Assembly: GCF_036321535.1 (NCBI RefSeq)
Contig: NC_087437.1
Location: 95,792,001 to 95,856,000, forward strand
Reading direction: 5' to 3'
DNA length: 64,000 nt
From: Camelus dromedarius
Lineage: Eukaryota
In this document: piece after piece, positions 50,351 to 64,000 of the stretch
Numbering within the stretch: the stretch's first letter is position 1
Layout: every line of letters begins with the position of its first letter
Position numbers and translations under genes: made by a program
The notes under the pieces: generated by a model
The model's database searches: none
Seen by the model: the letters and a program-made list of their open reading frames with translations, nothing else
What the model was told of the DNA's origin: nothing

Positions 50351-52438
50351 ATCAAATAGTATAAACGCTTGTGGTAAAAACAAGGTTCTCTCTTCCAGTT
50401 TCAATTTTCAGATTTTTACCATATTTTCTAATATCAGTTTATTCATCTGTGTGAACCCTCAACACATAAGCCACGCATGTTAACTCCAATCAATCAATTT
50501 GTCCAAAAGCCTGGTGTGCGTTATAAGCCCCCGTCCACAAGGCTGTTACGGGCTAACTAGTTACGTGCCATGCGGATCTGAGAAGGTCCATGTATTTTCC
50601 TGCAAGCCTCCTGTAACAAGCATGTGGCTTGGCTTTGAAGATCAAAGTCAGTCTTATCTTTTGATTTTAATCCTTTATTTTCTCTATAAAGCATAATTTT
50701 AAAAATTAAGAAACTATTTTAGTTTGGAAACCTTAAAATACTTTCAAAATTGTTTCATATAAATCAAAGTCAGCCTTTTTTTCTCACGGAATTGGATCTT
50801 AATGAAGGAGAGCAGGCATAGCTTTTGTCAAAACAGTCTGTTTTAGATAAGAAGAGAGCAAATATGAACTTCAAAGACTTTGTGTAAGAATTGCGTGAAT
50901 GAAAATCCAAGTGTCAGAATATTTGTCAATATTAACGTAGCTGACTGGTTTTTGAAGGGGAAAGCGTTTTGCAGGCACGTGGCACTGCTCTTTCAGAGAC
51001 CCTCCTGTGCCTGTGTGTGTGTGTGTATACGTGGACCTGTGTGCATGTGCATTTGTATATATAATTATAAAATAGATGCTTATTCCTCTTAATACTTAAT
51101 TATAGTTCTGTTAAACAAGGGAAAATATCTCCTATTATTCCCAAAATAACTAAATCATCACCTTAACATAAACCTAGATGGACCACTGATGTACGATACT
51201 TCTAAAATGATTCAGTCTAGGCTAGGCAGTTAACCAGTCTGGCAATAGTGCAGTCAGATTAGCCATGGAAAATCTCAAAACTCCATTAAGATTGTTGTCA
51301 GGTAACCATTAAGATTATGATTAGGTGACCATCTTTCCTAGTTGTCCATGGTGAGACTCAACTATGAAATCTCATGATTCTCTGTCATTTATTTTTCCTT
51401 CTTCCCTTTTCTCCTCTTTGCTGTCTCTCTTCTCCCCTCTCCATTTCCCATCCAAGCTCTTAAATTCTGTAGGCTTGCCTTGCCTTGCTCACTACTTTTC
51501 TGTAGAGACTGAAGGTACTAACTTCTAATCAACAGAGTGAGCTCTGGACACCTTGCATAACAGCTATAGCTGATGGTGGAGGAGAACTTCCTGCCTGAAA
51601 GCTTCCCTGCTTTTCCCAAAGTTGGTTTTCCATCTTCCTTCTCTCAACATTCTCATTCCCCGGCACTTCACTCGCAGCTCCATTCCACGACAGATGCTCA
51701 TTTCCACTCCCTGGGGAGATCAAGAGCCTGGAGCAGAAATAATAGCTCCTCCTCACAAGAACACAAGGTAAACTGTAATAAAGTATAGGAGGCCATTTAG
51801 CAAAACCTAAATTGTTCTGTGCCTTAATTGCTCTGTTGAAAAGCAAATGGTTTCTGTCTTGATTAAGGCTGTAAATGCATGGAAGTATATATAAGCCAGG
51901 GTTTCTGGTTTGAAATGCAAAACATGTGTCATTGCAACACGTGTTTGATATAAATACACATATCGAAAAGTACATTTTAGGAACTTCTTAATTGTTTTCC
52001 CCTCACTGTGATCATTAAGATTTTAATTTTTAGTAAGAGATGTGGATAAGCAGGTGGAATTTCAATGTAGCAGATTTGAAAGTGAACTCAATTGTTATGC
52101 TAAATTCAAACATCATTAAAATGGAAGCATGTCACTATGCAGTACAAAGGCAAACACCACCTCATAGTTAAAAGAAACATGAGTTTGGTATGTACTGTAT
52201 TTCTGAGCATTCCAAGCTTCTGGAAGCTATGAAAATAGAGCATTTTGAGGTTCTGTAAGAGGAGATGTGCTGACTTTGCTTCAAGAAAATTGAATATAGT
52301 ACTATTGATTTAGAAAGTTAGTGTATTTTCTGTTATCTCTTTTATTAAAGAAAATATAAATATTGTTAGTATTTAGATATTCAAAAATTGATATAAGTAT
52401 TTTGAGGAGATACATTTCAGAACATAAATAAGAGGGAC

Positions 52439-52956
52439 TGTGAGAGACAATGGAATTCTCATCTCAAAAGACTTTGACTTGTGAAGGAAAAGCCGGGCTG
52501 GTCTAACAAGATAACTCACAAGTCTAGGAATGTGAAGGAGAGGCTAGGCTGGGCTAACAAGGTAACTCACAAATCTAAGTATCGGAATACTGATCTGAGT
52601 TCTGCTGGACTAACTCGTAAATCTAAGTTAATTAGTGTTGGTTTGCTGATTCCCTGTTCATGTTTTTTTTTTTGCTAGCCAGCTAGATTTTCAAAGAGCT
52701 ATATCTGGCTTTGGAATGTTGGTTTGCTGCCTCTCCGCCTCCACTTTTGTGATAATGATGCTGCTAAAGCTGTTCCATGCCTATTGGCCAAATACCCCAA
52801 GCTTGTACTTTACCCTATAAAACCTCATGCGCACGTCTTGGAGGTGCTCAGAGCTTCAGAGCAGAAGCCCCTCTGAGCCCGCCGGCGTAATACACCTGAG
52901 TACTCCAACCCTCCGAGTGGTGCTTGTTTCTTGGCTGGCCTGTCGTTTCTGTAACA
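52439..52956 (+). mobile_element. ERV solo LTR with an internal ~51-bp tandem duplication
   Basis: TATA (ctataaaa), gagcccgccggcgtaatacacctg and end gtaaca. Duplicated unit tgtgaagga..ggctg..taacaag.taactcacaa at 52480 and 52531. The start is approximate. Confidence 0.75.
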
Positions 52957-53977
52957 AGAGTGATTTTTGGAGTCTCCCAAAGTTTCAGAGGGAGTCAGGG
53001 ATAAAATTAGCAAGAAAAATACAGGTTTGACATGTGGAATTTGAGTAGAAGGTAAAGAAATGAGTGCAGAAGTAAAACAAGAATGAAGCAAACCCAGAAA
53101 CCAAATATGAAGATGAACCTCGCAGTAATTTAAGTTGCAAGCATAAGCTAAGGGTAATATTGCAGACTGTTTTCATATGATCATTAGTCCCTTGGAATGT
53201 TCTTCAAGAAATTATTATAGGGTCAGAAATATTGGAAAACATTGTTTTCCACTGAAGATTCACAATGTAAAAGAGTTTACTGTAGATTTAGAGAATTTCA
53301 GGAAAGTTTAACTCAGTGTTCCTAGTGACCTTTCATTGTTACAGAGAAATCCACTCAAATTCCTTTAAACAAAAAAGTCATTAGGAGGAAGAGCACCAGC
53401 ACTGTAGTGTAAGGCTAGGAAGTCCCTCAGGCCTCACTGAGGTTCACACGTGGGTATTTCCGTGTCCTGCTTCCGACTTTTAGGAGTGACAATCCGACAG
53501 GCCCAACTTGGAGGAGGTAACCACCTTTCTTCAGTCAGCTACAGCTGAATTCACACTATGTGATGCTGTATCTTACTCTTTAAAAAACTCAAAGATATGA
53601 GGATAATTGTCATATTTGTATTACATCTATGCTACTGTGCTTTAACATCCCTTTATTTAAAATAATATTCCTTTACTCCACATCACCTGTGATTACTGCT
53701 GCATTGTTTTACAACCCCCACAGTAAAATTCCTTAAATGAGATTTTTTGACCCTTCTTGACCCACTTTATAACCGATCACTTATTTTTCATATCCTTCAA
53801 CTCTTGTTCCCCTCCCTGAAACTGCACTGCTGTGTCCAGGTTCAGCAATGATCTTCCTGTCTTGTCTTCATCATAATCAATCTCTCAGCAGTGACTAATA
53901 CAATTGACAGTTCCCTCCTGGGAAAAAACAAAAACAAAACCAAGAATAACTCCCTATTATTTACTTTAAAAAAATTT

Positions 53978-54247
53978 AGAAATATACTCACAGACAGAGA
54001 ATACAGACTTGTGGTTACCAGGGGGGTGGAGGGTGGGAAGGGATAGACTGGGATTTCAAAATTGTAGAATAGATAAACAAGATTACACTGTATAGCACAG
54101 GGAAATATACACAAAATGTTATGATAACTCATAGAGAAAAAAATGTGACAATGAGTGTGTATATGTCCGTGAATGACTGAAAAATTGTGCTGAACACTGG
54201 AATTTGACACAACATTGTAAAATGATTATAAATCAATAAAAAATGTT
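53978..54247 (+). mobile_element. L1 3' end, sense
   Basis: cacagacagagaatacagacttgtggttacc...aatcaataaaaaa, flanked by ttaaaaaaattt on both sides. Confidence 0.9.
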
Positions 54248-54254
54248 AAAAAAA

Positions 54255-54615
54255 TTTTATTGAAGTACAGTCAGTTACAATGTGTAATTTCTGGTGTACA
54301 GCAGAATGTCCCAGTCATGCATATATGTATATATATTCGTTTTCATATTCTGTTTCATTAAAGGTTATTACAAGATATTGAATATAGTTCCCTGTGCTAT
54401 ACAGAAGAAACTTTTTTTAAATCTATATTTATATATAGTGGCTAACATTTGTAAATATCAAACTCCCAGATTTATCCCTTTCCCTGGTAACTGTAAGATT
54501 GTTTACTCTGCGAGTCTGTTTCTGTTTCATAAATGAGTTCATAGTGTCCTTTTCTTTCTTTTTTTTTTTTTTTCTTTCTTAGAGTACACATCTGAGTGAT
54601 ATCATATGGTATTTT
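54255..54615 (-). mobile_element. L1 3' end, antisense
   Basis: ttgaagtacagtcagttacaatgtg...gagtgatatcatatggtattt. Confidence 0.9.
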
Positions 54616-55229
54616 GCTTTTCTGTCATCACAGTCGCCCCTTTCTGCTGCCATCACTTCATGCCTACCCACCCCTTCTTTAGTGGCTCTTTCTTTCATAT
54701 CCTGTCTTTAAGTGCTGAAGGGCCAGTGTCTCTTCTCTTTAAACTCTTTCCCTGTGTTCTCATTCATTCCCATTATTTTAAGTCTTTCTATTTGTTGATG
54801 GCCCTTAAGCCTCTGTCACCCTTACCTCTCCTTAGTGCTAGATATGTCACGTTACTTGACACCTCCAATAAATACGTATTTGACATTTCATATTCAGACT
54901 ATTCAGAATGGAGCTCCTGATTTTACCACCTTATCGCTGTACCTGCAAATGGTTGTAGCATCCACACAGCAGCTCAAGCCAAACACCTAGTTGTCTGGGA
55001 TTTTCCTTCTCCACACAGAATTCACTAACATCTGTTTCCGATCAGGTATCAAAACTATCCATTGCTTTCCACCCCTACTCAGGAGAATGTGATTAGTTTT
55101 TTGATCTGACCCTGTTTAGTCTGAGAGTAATCACTTCATTTTCTCTTCTGGTTCTAGTTGAATATTCTAAAGAGCAGTTCGTCTCTTCGCTGCTCTGACT
55201 TACTCAAGTCTACAAATAATAGCCAACAC

Positions 55230-55372
55230 TTTTTAGTATTTATTTATTCTTTTTGTGGGAGGAGGTAATCAGGTCTATTTATTTATTTACTCTAGAGGAG
55301 GTACTGGGGATTGAACCCAGGACCTCATGAGTGCTAAGCATGCACTCTACCACTTGAGCTACACCCCTCCCC
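55230..55372 (-). mobile_element. tRNA-derived SINE (vic-1 type)
   Basis: gtactggggattgaacccaggacctcatg..tgctaagcatgcactctaccacttgagcta. Flanks ccaacactt / ccaacactt. Confidence 0.85.
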
Positions 55373-56736
55373 TGCCAAACCAACACTTCTAAATACTGGT
55401 ATATTTAGCTACCAAATCCTGCAGCATCCAGTCTCTATTAGACTGTTGATGGTAGGTTAACTACTCTTTTGATTTTTTTGCTAGTTTACACTAACTACCA
55501 GCTTCTTCTTCTGAGGAAAGTGTCTTCTTCTGGGGTCTCAACAAATAACTTAGACGGTAATATATTCAAAATGCAACAGCACTTCCCCCAGTGGCCTCTA
55601 GAGTGAGCCTATCCTTTCCACTCTCACCCACACTCCACCTTCTCCTGGTGTTCTCTTCCTTCTCTGAACTCTGGCATATTCTTTCTACTCTGCTTCTTTT
55701 TTTACTATCAAGGAAGCTTCTGATCTTTAATGTCATTCCCTTTTGCTTACATAAAAAATATTTCATATGCTTCAGGGCCAAAACATTTCTACTTAGGGGT
55801 CTTGAGCATAGAGACAGATCTCTAAAATTTGTATATGCAGCTTTAAGAATAAAAGGTCAACGCATAATAATCCATTAAGAAAGTTATCTCAGTTTAAAGC
55901 TGTCAGCGCTTCAGTAAGAACTATTTGTGCATGCCCATGGACTTGAGAGCCTGTGGCTTCAGCTCTCAAACACAGCAGGTGGAGGGAGGGAAGAAGAGAA
56001 AGGGAAGGAAGAGTGACCGCAGCCTCTGTGAGTTGAGGAGTCTCCTGAATGGAAATGGCATGTGAGTCTCAACCTTATGGGAATTATAAGCCCTTGAATT
56101 CTCTGTGGCCTTTTGCAAGAAGGGTTTTGTTTGTTTGTTTGTTTGTTTGTTTGTTTTTAATAAGCAGAGTAAAATTAAGTGGACACACAAGATAGTATCC
56201 AGAAAAACAAATGGTTTTAAAAAATTATCAAAATGTACCAAATAAAACCTGTAGCTTATGAATTGTATTTATTTTTTTGAGAATAATCATTGAAAAGACA
56301 ACTTGAGCAAGACAAGGGAAAGGTTTCCTATCTGTTGCAGACCATAGGTCCTGTTGCTGGACTCTATGGGGCTATAAGGGGTCCTGTGCTCAGTGAAGAT
56401 GTATAGCTTACACTTCATTGTGTCAGAAAACCTGTAAAATCCCAAGAGAAAATACTTGAGCCAGGAATAGGTGGTGACAACTTTTCATTAAAACCTTGAG
56501 ATGTCTAGATTCCTGTAAACTTGTAAGACCTTTCAGAAAAGGGATAAACATGGATCAAAATGCTGAAGAACTTTAGAGAACAGATAGGATGTCCGTGTTC
56601 TTCAGAGGAGTTTTCCACCAAATCTTTAAGATGATTGTAGTAGTATTTATCACTGATTTCAGCAACAGGGACCATTTCATTACTCTGGTTGACAAATGAA
56701 GTGCCAATATGATTTTACATCAGTTCTTTTAGATAG

Positions 56737-57325
56737 TTTTTTTTTTAATTGACGTATACTCAGTTACAATGTGTCAGTACAGCACAATGTCACAGTAATA
56801 CATATATTTGTTTTCATTTTCTTTTTCATTAAAGATTATTACAAGATACTGGATATAGTTCCCTGTGCTATACAGAAGAAATTTATTTTTTATCTATTTT
56901 TAGATATGGTAGTTAATATTTGCAAATCTCGAACTCACAAATTTATCCCTTTCTACCTCTTTTCCCCTGGTAAGATTGTTTACTATGTCTGTGAGTCTGT
57001 TTATATTTTGTAGATGAATTCATTAGTGTCTTCTTTTTTCTTAGATTCCACATTTGAGTGACATCATATGGTATTTTTCTTTCTCTTTCTGACTGACTTC
57101 ACTCAGAATAACATTCTCCAGGGCCATCCATGTTGCTACAAATGGCATTATTCTATTCTTTTTTATGGCTGAGTAGTATTCCATTATATAAACATACCAC
57201 AACTTCTTTATGCAGTCCTCTGTCAATGGACATTTAGGTTGTTGCCATGTGTTGACTCTTGTATATAGTGCTGCTATGAACATTGGGGTAGATGTATCTT
57301 TTCTAATTTGAGTTCTCTCCAGATA
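56737..57325 (-). mobile_element. 5'-truncated L1 (ORF2 C-terminus and 3'UTR)
   Basis: ORF 57041-57283 reads MFIAALYT..WQQPKCP..MEYYSAIKKN. TSD ttagatag. Confidence 0.95.
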
Positions 57326-57400
57326 TTAGATAGGTTTTTACTCATCTATCAAACTCATCTTGAGACTGCTCCTGATAAATGCTGTATTTACCCAGAAATA

Positions 57401-58061
57401 CAGTAGTATTCCTTATCCATGGTGTTGCATTCTGCGGTTTCAGTTACTCACTGTCAACCACAGTCCAAAATATTAAGTGAAAAATTCCAGAAATAAAAAA
57501 TTCATGAGTTTTAAATTTGAGCTATTCTGAGTAGTGTGATGAAATCTCCTGCTGTTCTGTTCTGTTCCACCCCCATTAACATGGATCCTTGGTCATCAAC
57601 TTGGTCTGCTCTGCTCCTGATACCCAACCATTGACATTGTCCTGGCTCAGTGACTCAGGATAAACCAAGCAAATGGTCCTCTTTCTAACATAACCATCAG
57701 AAGATCAATAGTACACTAATGTTAGGCCACAATACCTACATTATTCACCTCATTTCATCTTGTCACATAGGCATTTTATCATCTCACATTATCACAAGAA
57801 AGGTAAGTACAGTACAAAAAGATACTTTGAGACAGGACCACATTCACATAACTTTTATTATAGTATATTATTATAAGTGTCCCATTTCATTATTAGTTAT
57901 TATTTTTAATCTTGTACTGTGTGTCTAATTTATAAATTAAACTTTATCACAGGTATGTATGTATAGGAAAAAAATGTAATATATGTATAGGTTTCTGTGT
58001 GGCTTCAGGCATCTACTGGGGGTCCTGGAAAGTATCCTCTGTGGATAAGAGGGGACTACTG
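57401..58061 (+). mobile_element. MER44-like Tigger DNA transposon relic
   Basis: TA-cagtagt..ccttatcca ... tggataag..ggactactg-TA inverted ends. Confidence 0.85.
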
Positions 58062-60013
58062 TAATCACATTTCTGCCTGACCTGACATTTAACAGTCTTC
58101 AAAACGATTACAGCTGCATATTGAATTTATTTTTAGATGGCTTCTTAGAACACCTGCTAAGTTCTCGATGGAATGAACATCACATTTATTTTCTAAAGAA
58201 GCAAGAAGGGGAAATGATAAACACTTAGATTTAAGATTTGCATCTTTATTTAAGAACACTGTTTTAAACCTCCAGCCTTATGCAATTGAAGCCAAGATAA
58301 AAAAAAAAAATCATGAGTAATAGAACTGAGACTTTTCTCATGGTTGCAAAAGTTTTTTGAAGGCTATATCAGCATATATAAAGTAAAATGGATAAAGGAA
58401 GCAGTTGTACATATTTTAAAATATAAAGAAATCACTTCAAGCTTTGAGTTTTTTTCAATGTAAATTGTTCAAAATATTTCTGGGGTTCTCTACTTCTATT
58501 CATTACTGACTGAACTGAAACAATTCCAGAGCTGTAGAAAATGTTCTGGTGGGAATTAGGCCATTTTTTGGGTTTGAGGGAGGGCAGTTTCTTAACCTGG
58601 GAACCAACTCTACTTTCCATTTCACCTTCATTTCCACACAGGTTTGGTAAACACTTAATCTTACCCTATTGGTCCTCAAGAGATATATGTGTATCATTGG
58701 AGTTTTAAAAACCTTTTAAGAAATGTATTTTTATTTTCATATTTATTCAAGAGTAGAGACAACCACATAATGTCTTTACCCTTTGGGCAAAGATTGTAGC
58801 ATTCTAAGACAAGTCAACTTCATTCAGCAATTTCTGTGCCTTCATCTGTTGCTTACATGGTGAATATAAGTACCTTTTACTTCAGGTAATTTATAATCCT
58901 TGAGAAAAGGAGGCAGAGAGCACCTGGACGACCTCAGTTAAATCAGGTCATGCTTGGATACTCTAATATTTTGTGGGAATAACCTTGTGGCCGTGTAGTC
59001 TATAAGATGAATGGTAAGATGCACTAATTTATAAAACTACTCAAAATGAGATTTTGTTTTAAATTCAGACTTTACCATTTGTTATCACCAGGAGGGATTT
59101 TGGTATAATTAAAGTGCAACTGCTATAAAAAAGTACAGTAAAAGATTTTCAAAGGTTACTAAGTACTTTGACATTGTAGAGCCATAAGAAATGTAATTGC
59201 TCTTTTAAAAATTAGGTATTCAAAGATGGAGAAGTTCCAAGTCCCATTCCTGAGTATATTTTTACAAAAATATGGTATTGGGAAAGAGCCAAACATTTCT
59301 GGTGTGGCTAAGCCTTCTGCATTCATATTGGAAAATTGGTATCCAAGTGCCTTCCCAGTGAGATGACTGCGTAGCACAGGGTGGTTTTATTTGATGTGAT
59401 CTTCTTTTGCCTCACAAGCCTGGCTCTAAGAGGATTTACGAGCTGTTAAGAATGATAATACTAAGTAGAATCCTTGATCCTGGGGAAAGGAATGATTTGT
59501 TGCCAAATCATGGGCAACTATTAATGAATACTTACTGAGCTCAGTTTTCTTAAGTTTTGTCCCTGCAAAAAGAACATTTGTGTCATGTCTTTTAACGAGG
59601 GGAGGAAAATTTACAATTTCATTTCCAAAAGTAGTTAAACTCTGTGAAATCATATTCATTGTTCAGATATTGTCAATATTATGCTAGTCTCTTAATTTTA
59701 TCAGACTCCTGTTCTATGGTAAATGATTTTTAGTCTTCGTGGTGTTTACACCTTCAAATACTCATAGATAATCATTATCCTGAACGTTGTTTGGTACTTA
59801 GCTCTACTTTACATATTTAGTACCTTTATTATTTTCTTGTAAATTAATTAATTTTATTTCAATGGGAAAAGTGTTTGAATATGAACTACCCGTTTGAGAA
59901 CTTAAGGAAACTAAGTGTTATTCAAACCTGAGCCTGGGGAAATACGTTAGTCTTTGCAGAGAGAGGGCTCATTCGGTTGACTTCAGAGATGGTTAAAGAA
60001 TAAGTAATAGTTA

Positions 60014-60588
60014 TGTTACCTCAGGAGGGAATTTAAAAAAACCTGGATTCTTTGTCTTACCAGAGAAAGAGAATTGAAATGGAATACGAAGAGTGATATA
60101 AACAAAGGATTTTATTAGTAGAGCAAAAGTCAGTAAAGCACAGTACACCTTTGAGAACTGAAGGCAGGCCCATCCAAGAGAGGGAAAAAAAATGGCCCCG
60201 CTTCTTTGTGTCTCCTGTCTTATATCCTGGCTTAGGGGCGTTCTTGTGATTTATTGACAGCTCACATCCCTTGAGTGCTCAGGCGTGCCCATCTTCTTTG
60301 CACACGGTCTTACCCATGATGCACACAGAAAAACCTATGGGAGGAGACCCAAACCGCAATGCTAATTACATTATAATGAGCACTGGGCCACATTAAGTCA
60401 GGTCCTTCTCTCTACTGTGTGGCCGCAGCATCGGATTCTAACCGGCTTCTTTGCTGGCCCTCATTTAAAGAAAGTAAAACTCTCTGAAGCCCCTTATCCT
60501 GAGCGCAGGTGTACTGTTGTCTTCTGGATTGCTCCTTCCCCCTTCCTCTCCCCTTGCCCAGTGCTCATTTCTGTCTAACTGCCTAGCA
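60014..60588 (-). mobile_element. ERV solo LTR (same family as 37522-38085)
   Basis: TG...CA ends and collinear similarity to the 37.5-kb copy. Confidence 0.85.
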
Positions 60589-60628
60589 GATATATATTTT
60601 GCTAATTTTTAGTTTTAGCAACCAGTAT

Positions 60629-61148
60629 TTATGGGATTCAGGACATGCTACCCCAAAATATGGTACCTTGGTATATGGGATATTTTAAGCTGAAGGAGTC
60701 TGAGAAAATGGCAGAAGTCACTCTGCTTGCTTATCACTTACCCTCCTCACCTTGCCTTTTTTCCCTGAAAGAGGCCAGAAAACCTTCATGTGAGAGGTAC
60801 CCTGCCTGCATCCAATGGAAAGGAGCAATCTTATTTCTGAAGACAAAAGGATGCCAAGAGGAATTCTAACAAGCAGGCCCTGTTAAGTCTTCCCTAGTTT
60901 ATTACAATTACCTCATACTCCTTAACTTATCATATTCCTCCACCACTGTTCACTCTTTATCAATTCTGGCCTAAACATACGTAGATCTGTTTCTTTGGGT
61001 CTTTATTTCCTCATGAAGTCTCCTGTGTCACATAAAACCTAAATTAAATAAATTTGTATGCTTTTCTCCTGTCTGTCTTTGTCAGTTTACTTTTCAGACC
61101 TAGCCAGAAACCCTAATAGAGTCCAGGAAAACTTTTTACTCCCCTACA
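60629..61148 (+). mobile_element. ERV1 solo LTR (MER34-like)
   Basis: gggattcaggacatgctaccccaaaatatgg...tttttactcccctaca, with TSD GTAT. Confidence 0.85.
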
Positions 61149-63244
61149 GTATATTTATTTCTTAGATACATGTGAGGGTGGAGAAAACTTGATATCGGAT
61201 AATTGACTTAGGCAGCTTCTAGTCAATTCAATTCAGTCATTTTCTTATGTTGTAATTTGTTTGCTTTTGTTTTCTTTTTTGTTAGAATGGAGAGAAAACC
61301 TCTTATCCAAAGAATTGAATCTATTCAGGCAATATATTTAGTCAACCTGAGAGGAGAGAACTTAGGCAAGTAGTTTTTCATGGCATTCCTCAAATCCCAT
61401 ACACAGGCCTCTTGGGACTGAGTTACTGCTTTTCCTTCACTGAATAGCTTAAAATCGCCATTTTTGCTACATTTGCAAGCTTGTTCTGGAGTTGCACAGT
61501 TGGCAGGTAGAAAAGGAAGAAAGAAGACAGCAAGGAAAGGGAATCCTTGAAAATCAGGGATCATTATGAAAATCTGTAGGCCTTCCCAGCTTTGGAAGCC
61601 TGGGAATTGGACATAACTGTTACACCACTGACCTAGCCTTGTCCCAACTGCTCGGAGAAGTTTCAGGACATCTTTGCAATTAGTTTTCCAAGTGGTATCA
61701 TTTTAGCTGAATTTTCGTGTTCTTTACTCTTAAAGATTTCATTTAGCAATAGTTGGCCTGAGTAACACATTTTGTGTTCTGTGACTCTGTCCTAAGAAGC
61801 CTAGTGCCATAAAAGCCCCATGCATCTCATTGCCTTTCCCAGGTTGTATAACTAAACGTAGCAGCAGAGAGCTTCCTTGTATCTCTAAAGAAGATTTTTC
61901 AATATTTTCCCATTATGCTCAGAAAAAAAATCAAAACTCATTCTCATCACCTACAAAGCTTTTCCTGGTCTAACCCGTGCCTACTTCTCTGTTGAATAAA
62001 TGAAAGCAAACAAATGCAAGGCCTTCTGCCTATGAATTCTGTGTACTTAAAGATCTTCTTTTCAACTTGATATTTGACTATATGGAGTCAAATAAGCATA
62101 GCCATATAGGCCAGAATTTGCTGAGGAAAGGAGCAGGGAGTTGGCTTTTATTAGGCATCTACCATTCTCAATAAATATCAGGCACCCTTGTGTATACATC
62201 AACCCTGTGAGAAGAGGTGTTATCATTCTTACTTTTCATTTGGGCCAACTGGGAGTCAGGGTAATTAAGTGATTTTTCAAGTCAACGAAGCTGGTACGTA
62301 GAAGAGCATGAATGCAAACCTAGTTAGGTCTGAAAAGCCAAAGCCCATAATACTGAAATGCACCATCCTAGAGCTGCAGCCAACATCGATGGTGAAAGTG
62401 TTCCTGTGTCCGTTTTTTCTTTCAACAGATATTTATTGTCAATTGTCTGCTAGGTATTCTGCAAGGTGCTCGAGGTAGAATAGGCAAGCAAAAACCAGAA
62501 ATAGTCCTTGTTGTCATGGGACTTACAGTATATAGCTGGATGTCAGACTTTCAGCAAATAATGATACTGACTGTATGTAATATGTAACTACTGAATATTG
62601 AAAGTACTCTTGAAGGAAGGGAGTACAATTCTATAAAAGTGTATTTGAAAAGGAACTGAAATTAAGGGGTCGAGGAAGGCTTTCCTGAGGTAGTGATAAT
62701 TGATATCTGAAGGTTAGTGAGAGTTAAATAGATGAAAAACAAGAAATCGAAGTGGGGGGGTGTTTTTCAGGAAGAAAGAATAGCATTTTCAAGGGCCGTT
62801 TTTTAAATCTGAGAGGGGAAAAAAAAGCCAGTGAATATAAAAGTCAGAGTAAAAGGGAGATTGTTAGAAGATGCAGAGGGAGGGCAAGTAAATCTGGAGC
62901 TGAACTTGCAGGCCCTTGTGGGCCATGCAAAACTTTAAGTATTTACATATAAAGGGAATCAGACCTTCCACTAATGAAATGTGATGGAACAACATTATGG
63001 AGACATTAATGAAACAAATGGCTGAATCAAGCTGAAGGCAGGGGTGTCTTCAACGGGCCTAGTATTTAGTACTGAGGCACTGGTACAATGTCACTGTACA
63101 CACAGCAAGGGGAATGATAAGCATGTCCTCACGTCCTCATTCATTCATTCATTCATTTTTGGATAAATTACATATAAAAGTGAATCACTTATTGATCTCT
63201 TTTTAAGAAACTTATGAATTAGTGAGGAAAATAGTTTTTAAAAA

Positions 63245-63366
63245 TTTTTTTAGGGGGAAACATGATTAGGTTTACTTTTCTTTTTTTAGAGGCGGTAATG
63301 GGGATTGAACCCAGGACCTTATGTATGCTAAGCATGCGCTCTACCACTTAAGCTTTACCCTACCCT
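63245..63366 (-). mobile_element. tRNA-derived SINE (vic-1 type)
   Basis: ggggattgaacccaggaccttatgtatgctaagcatgcgctctaccacttaagct. Confidence 0.85.
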
Positions 63367-63644
63367 GGAAAATAATTCTTAACATAAGTATTTCTGGTCT
63401 AATTTACAGAGTTGTACATGCCGTAGATGGGGAGAAGCTAGAGTTGCTAAATCTTAAGGAAGCTCAGTGGTGGTAATGGTCAGAGGGCCAGCCGGAGGAT
63501 AGAAAATGTCCCTGGAGGAAGTCCTAGTTGAAGGTCTTAATGGATGAGTAGTGCTAGGACATTCAGAGCTGACAGAGAATGGCTCTTCAGTCTAGTGTAT
63601 AGTGGGTATAACAGGACAGGAACGCTATTAAGGGGAATATTACA

Positions 63645-63836
63645 CAGTTGACCCTTGAACAACACAGTGGTTAATCTGCCTCTAATTTATCATTGGCCTC
63701 CTGTGTCTGTGGTTTCTCCGCATTCACGAATTCAACCAACCATGGACTATGAGGTACTGTAGTATTTATTATTGGAAAATATCCATGTATAAGTGGACTT
63801 GCACAGCTCAAACCTGTGTTATTCAAGGGTCAACTA
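63645..63836. mobile_element. Tigger2-type MITE (MER8-like)
   Basis: Inverted ends cagttgacccttgaa ... ttcaagggtcaact. Confidence 0.85.
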
Positions 63837-64000
63837 TAAATATATAAAGATAAACTGGTGCCAGGTTAAGGAGTTCCTTGAAAAGCGACAAGAAATAGGC
63901 ATCACTCCTGAAAGATAGGCATTGTCTCTGGGGGAAGACAGAGGAGCATATATATGTGGTAGAGCTGCAGGAATGAGCATGTTTCCAGAAGAACAACCTG

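Noticed and set aside
37522..60588. Two same-family, same-orientation LTRs as the ends of one provirus
   Set aside because: They are 22 kb apart, each has its own flanking TSD, and no gag/pol/env lies between them. They are independent solo LTRs.
1..64000. Intact RGS22 or RGSL1 gene; CRISPR array or prokaryotic-type system
   Set aside because: The RGS-like exons are full of stops and far too divergent for a functional orthologue, so I assign no gene symbol. There are no regularly spaced repeats or operon-like ORFs, and the DNA is mammalian.

Overview
AT-rich, CpG-poor mammalian genomic DNA, most likely from a camelid: it carries four tRNA-derived SINEs of the camelid vic-1 type and cetartiodactyl-style L1 3' ends. 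I find no intact protein-coding gene, RNA gene or CRISPR array. Much of the window is transposon relics (L1, L2, MIR, MaLR and ERV1 solo LTRs, Tigger and hAT MITEs, and one ancient LF-SINE). The main signal lies between the repeats and is missed by the ORF track. About 20 minus-strand segments bounded by AG...GT, from 39448 down to the window start, join in consistent reading phase at several junctions. Despite many stops and frameshifts, they translate to repeated RGS-domain motifs and to N-terminal motifs typical of RGS22/RGSL1. I read them as heavily decayed, intron-containing pseudogene(s) of RGS22/RGSL1-family paralogues. They appear to form two head-to-tail modules: A (~39448-18314) and B (~13500 to beyond base 1). 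A weaker plus-strand set of Cys-rich exon-like relics lies at ~45-47.5 kb. Protein comparisons use human RGS22/RGSL1 and repeat consensus sequences recalled from memory and aligned by eye. No search was run, and repeat subfamily names are approximate.
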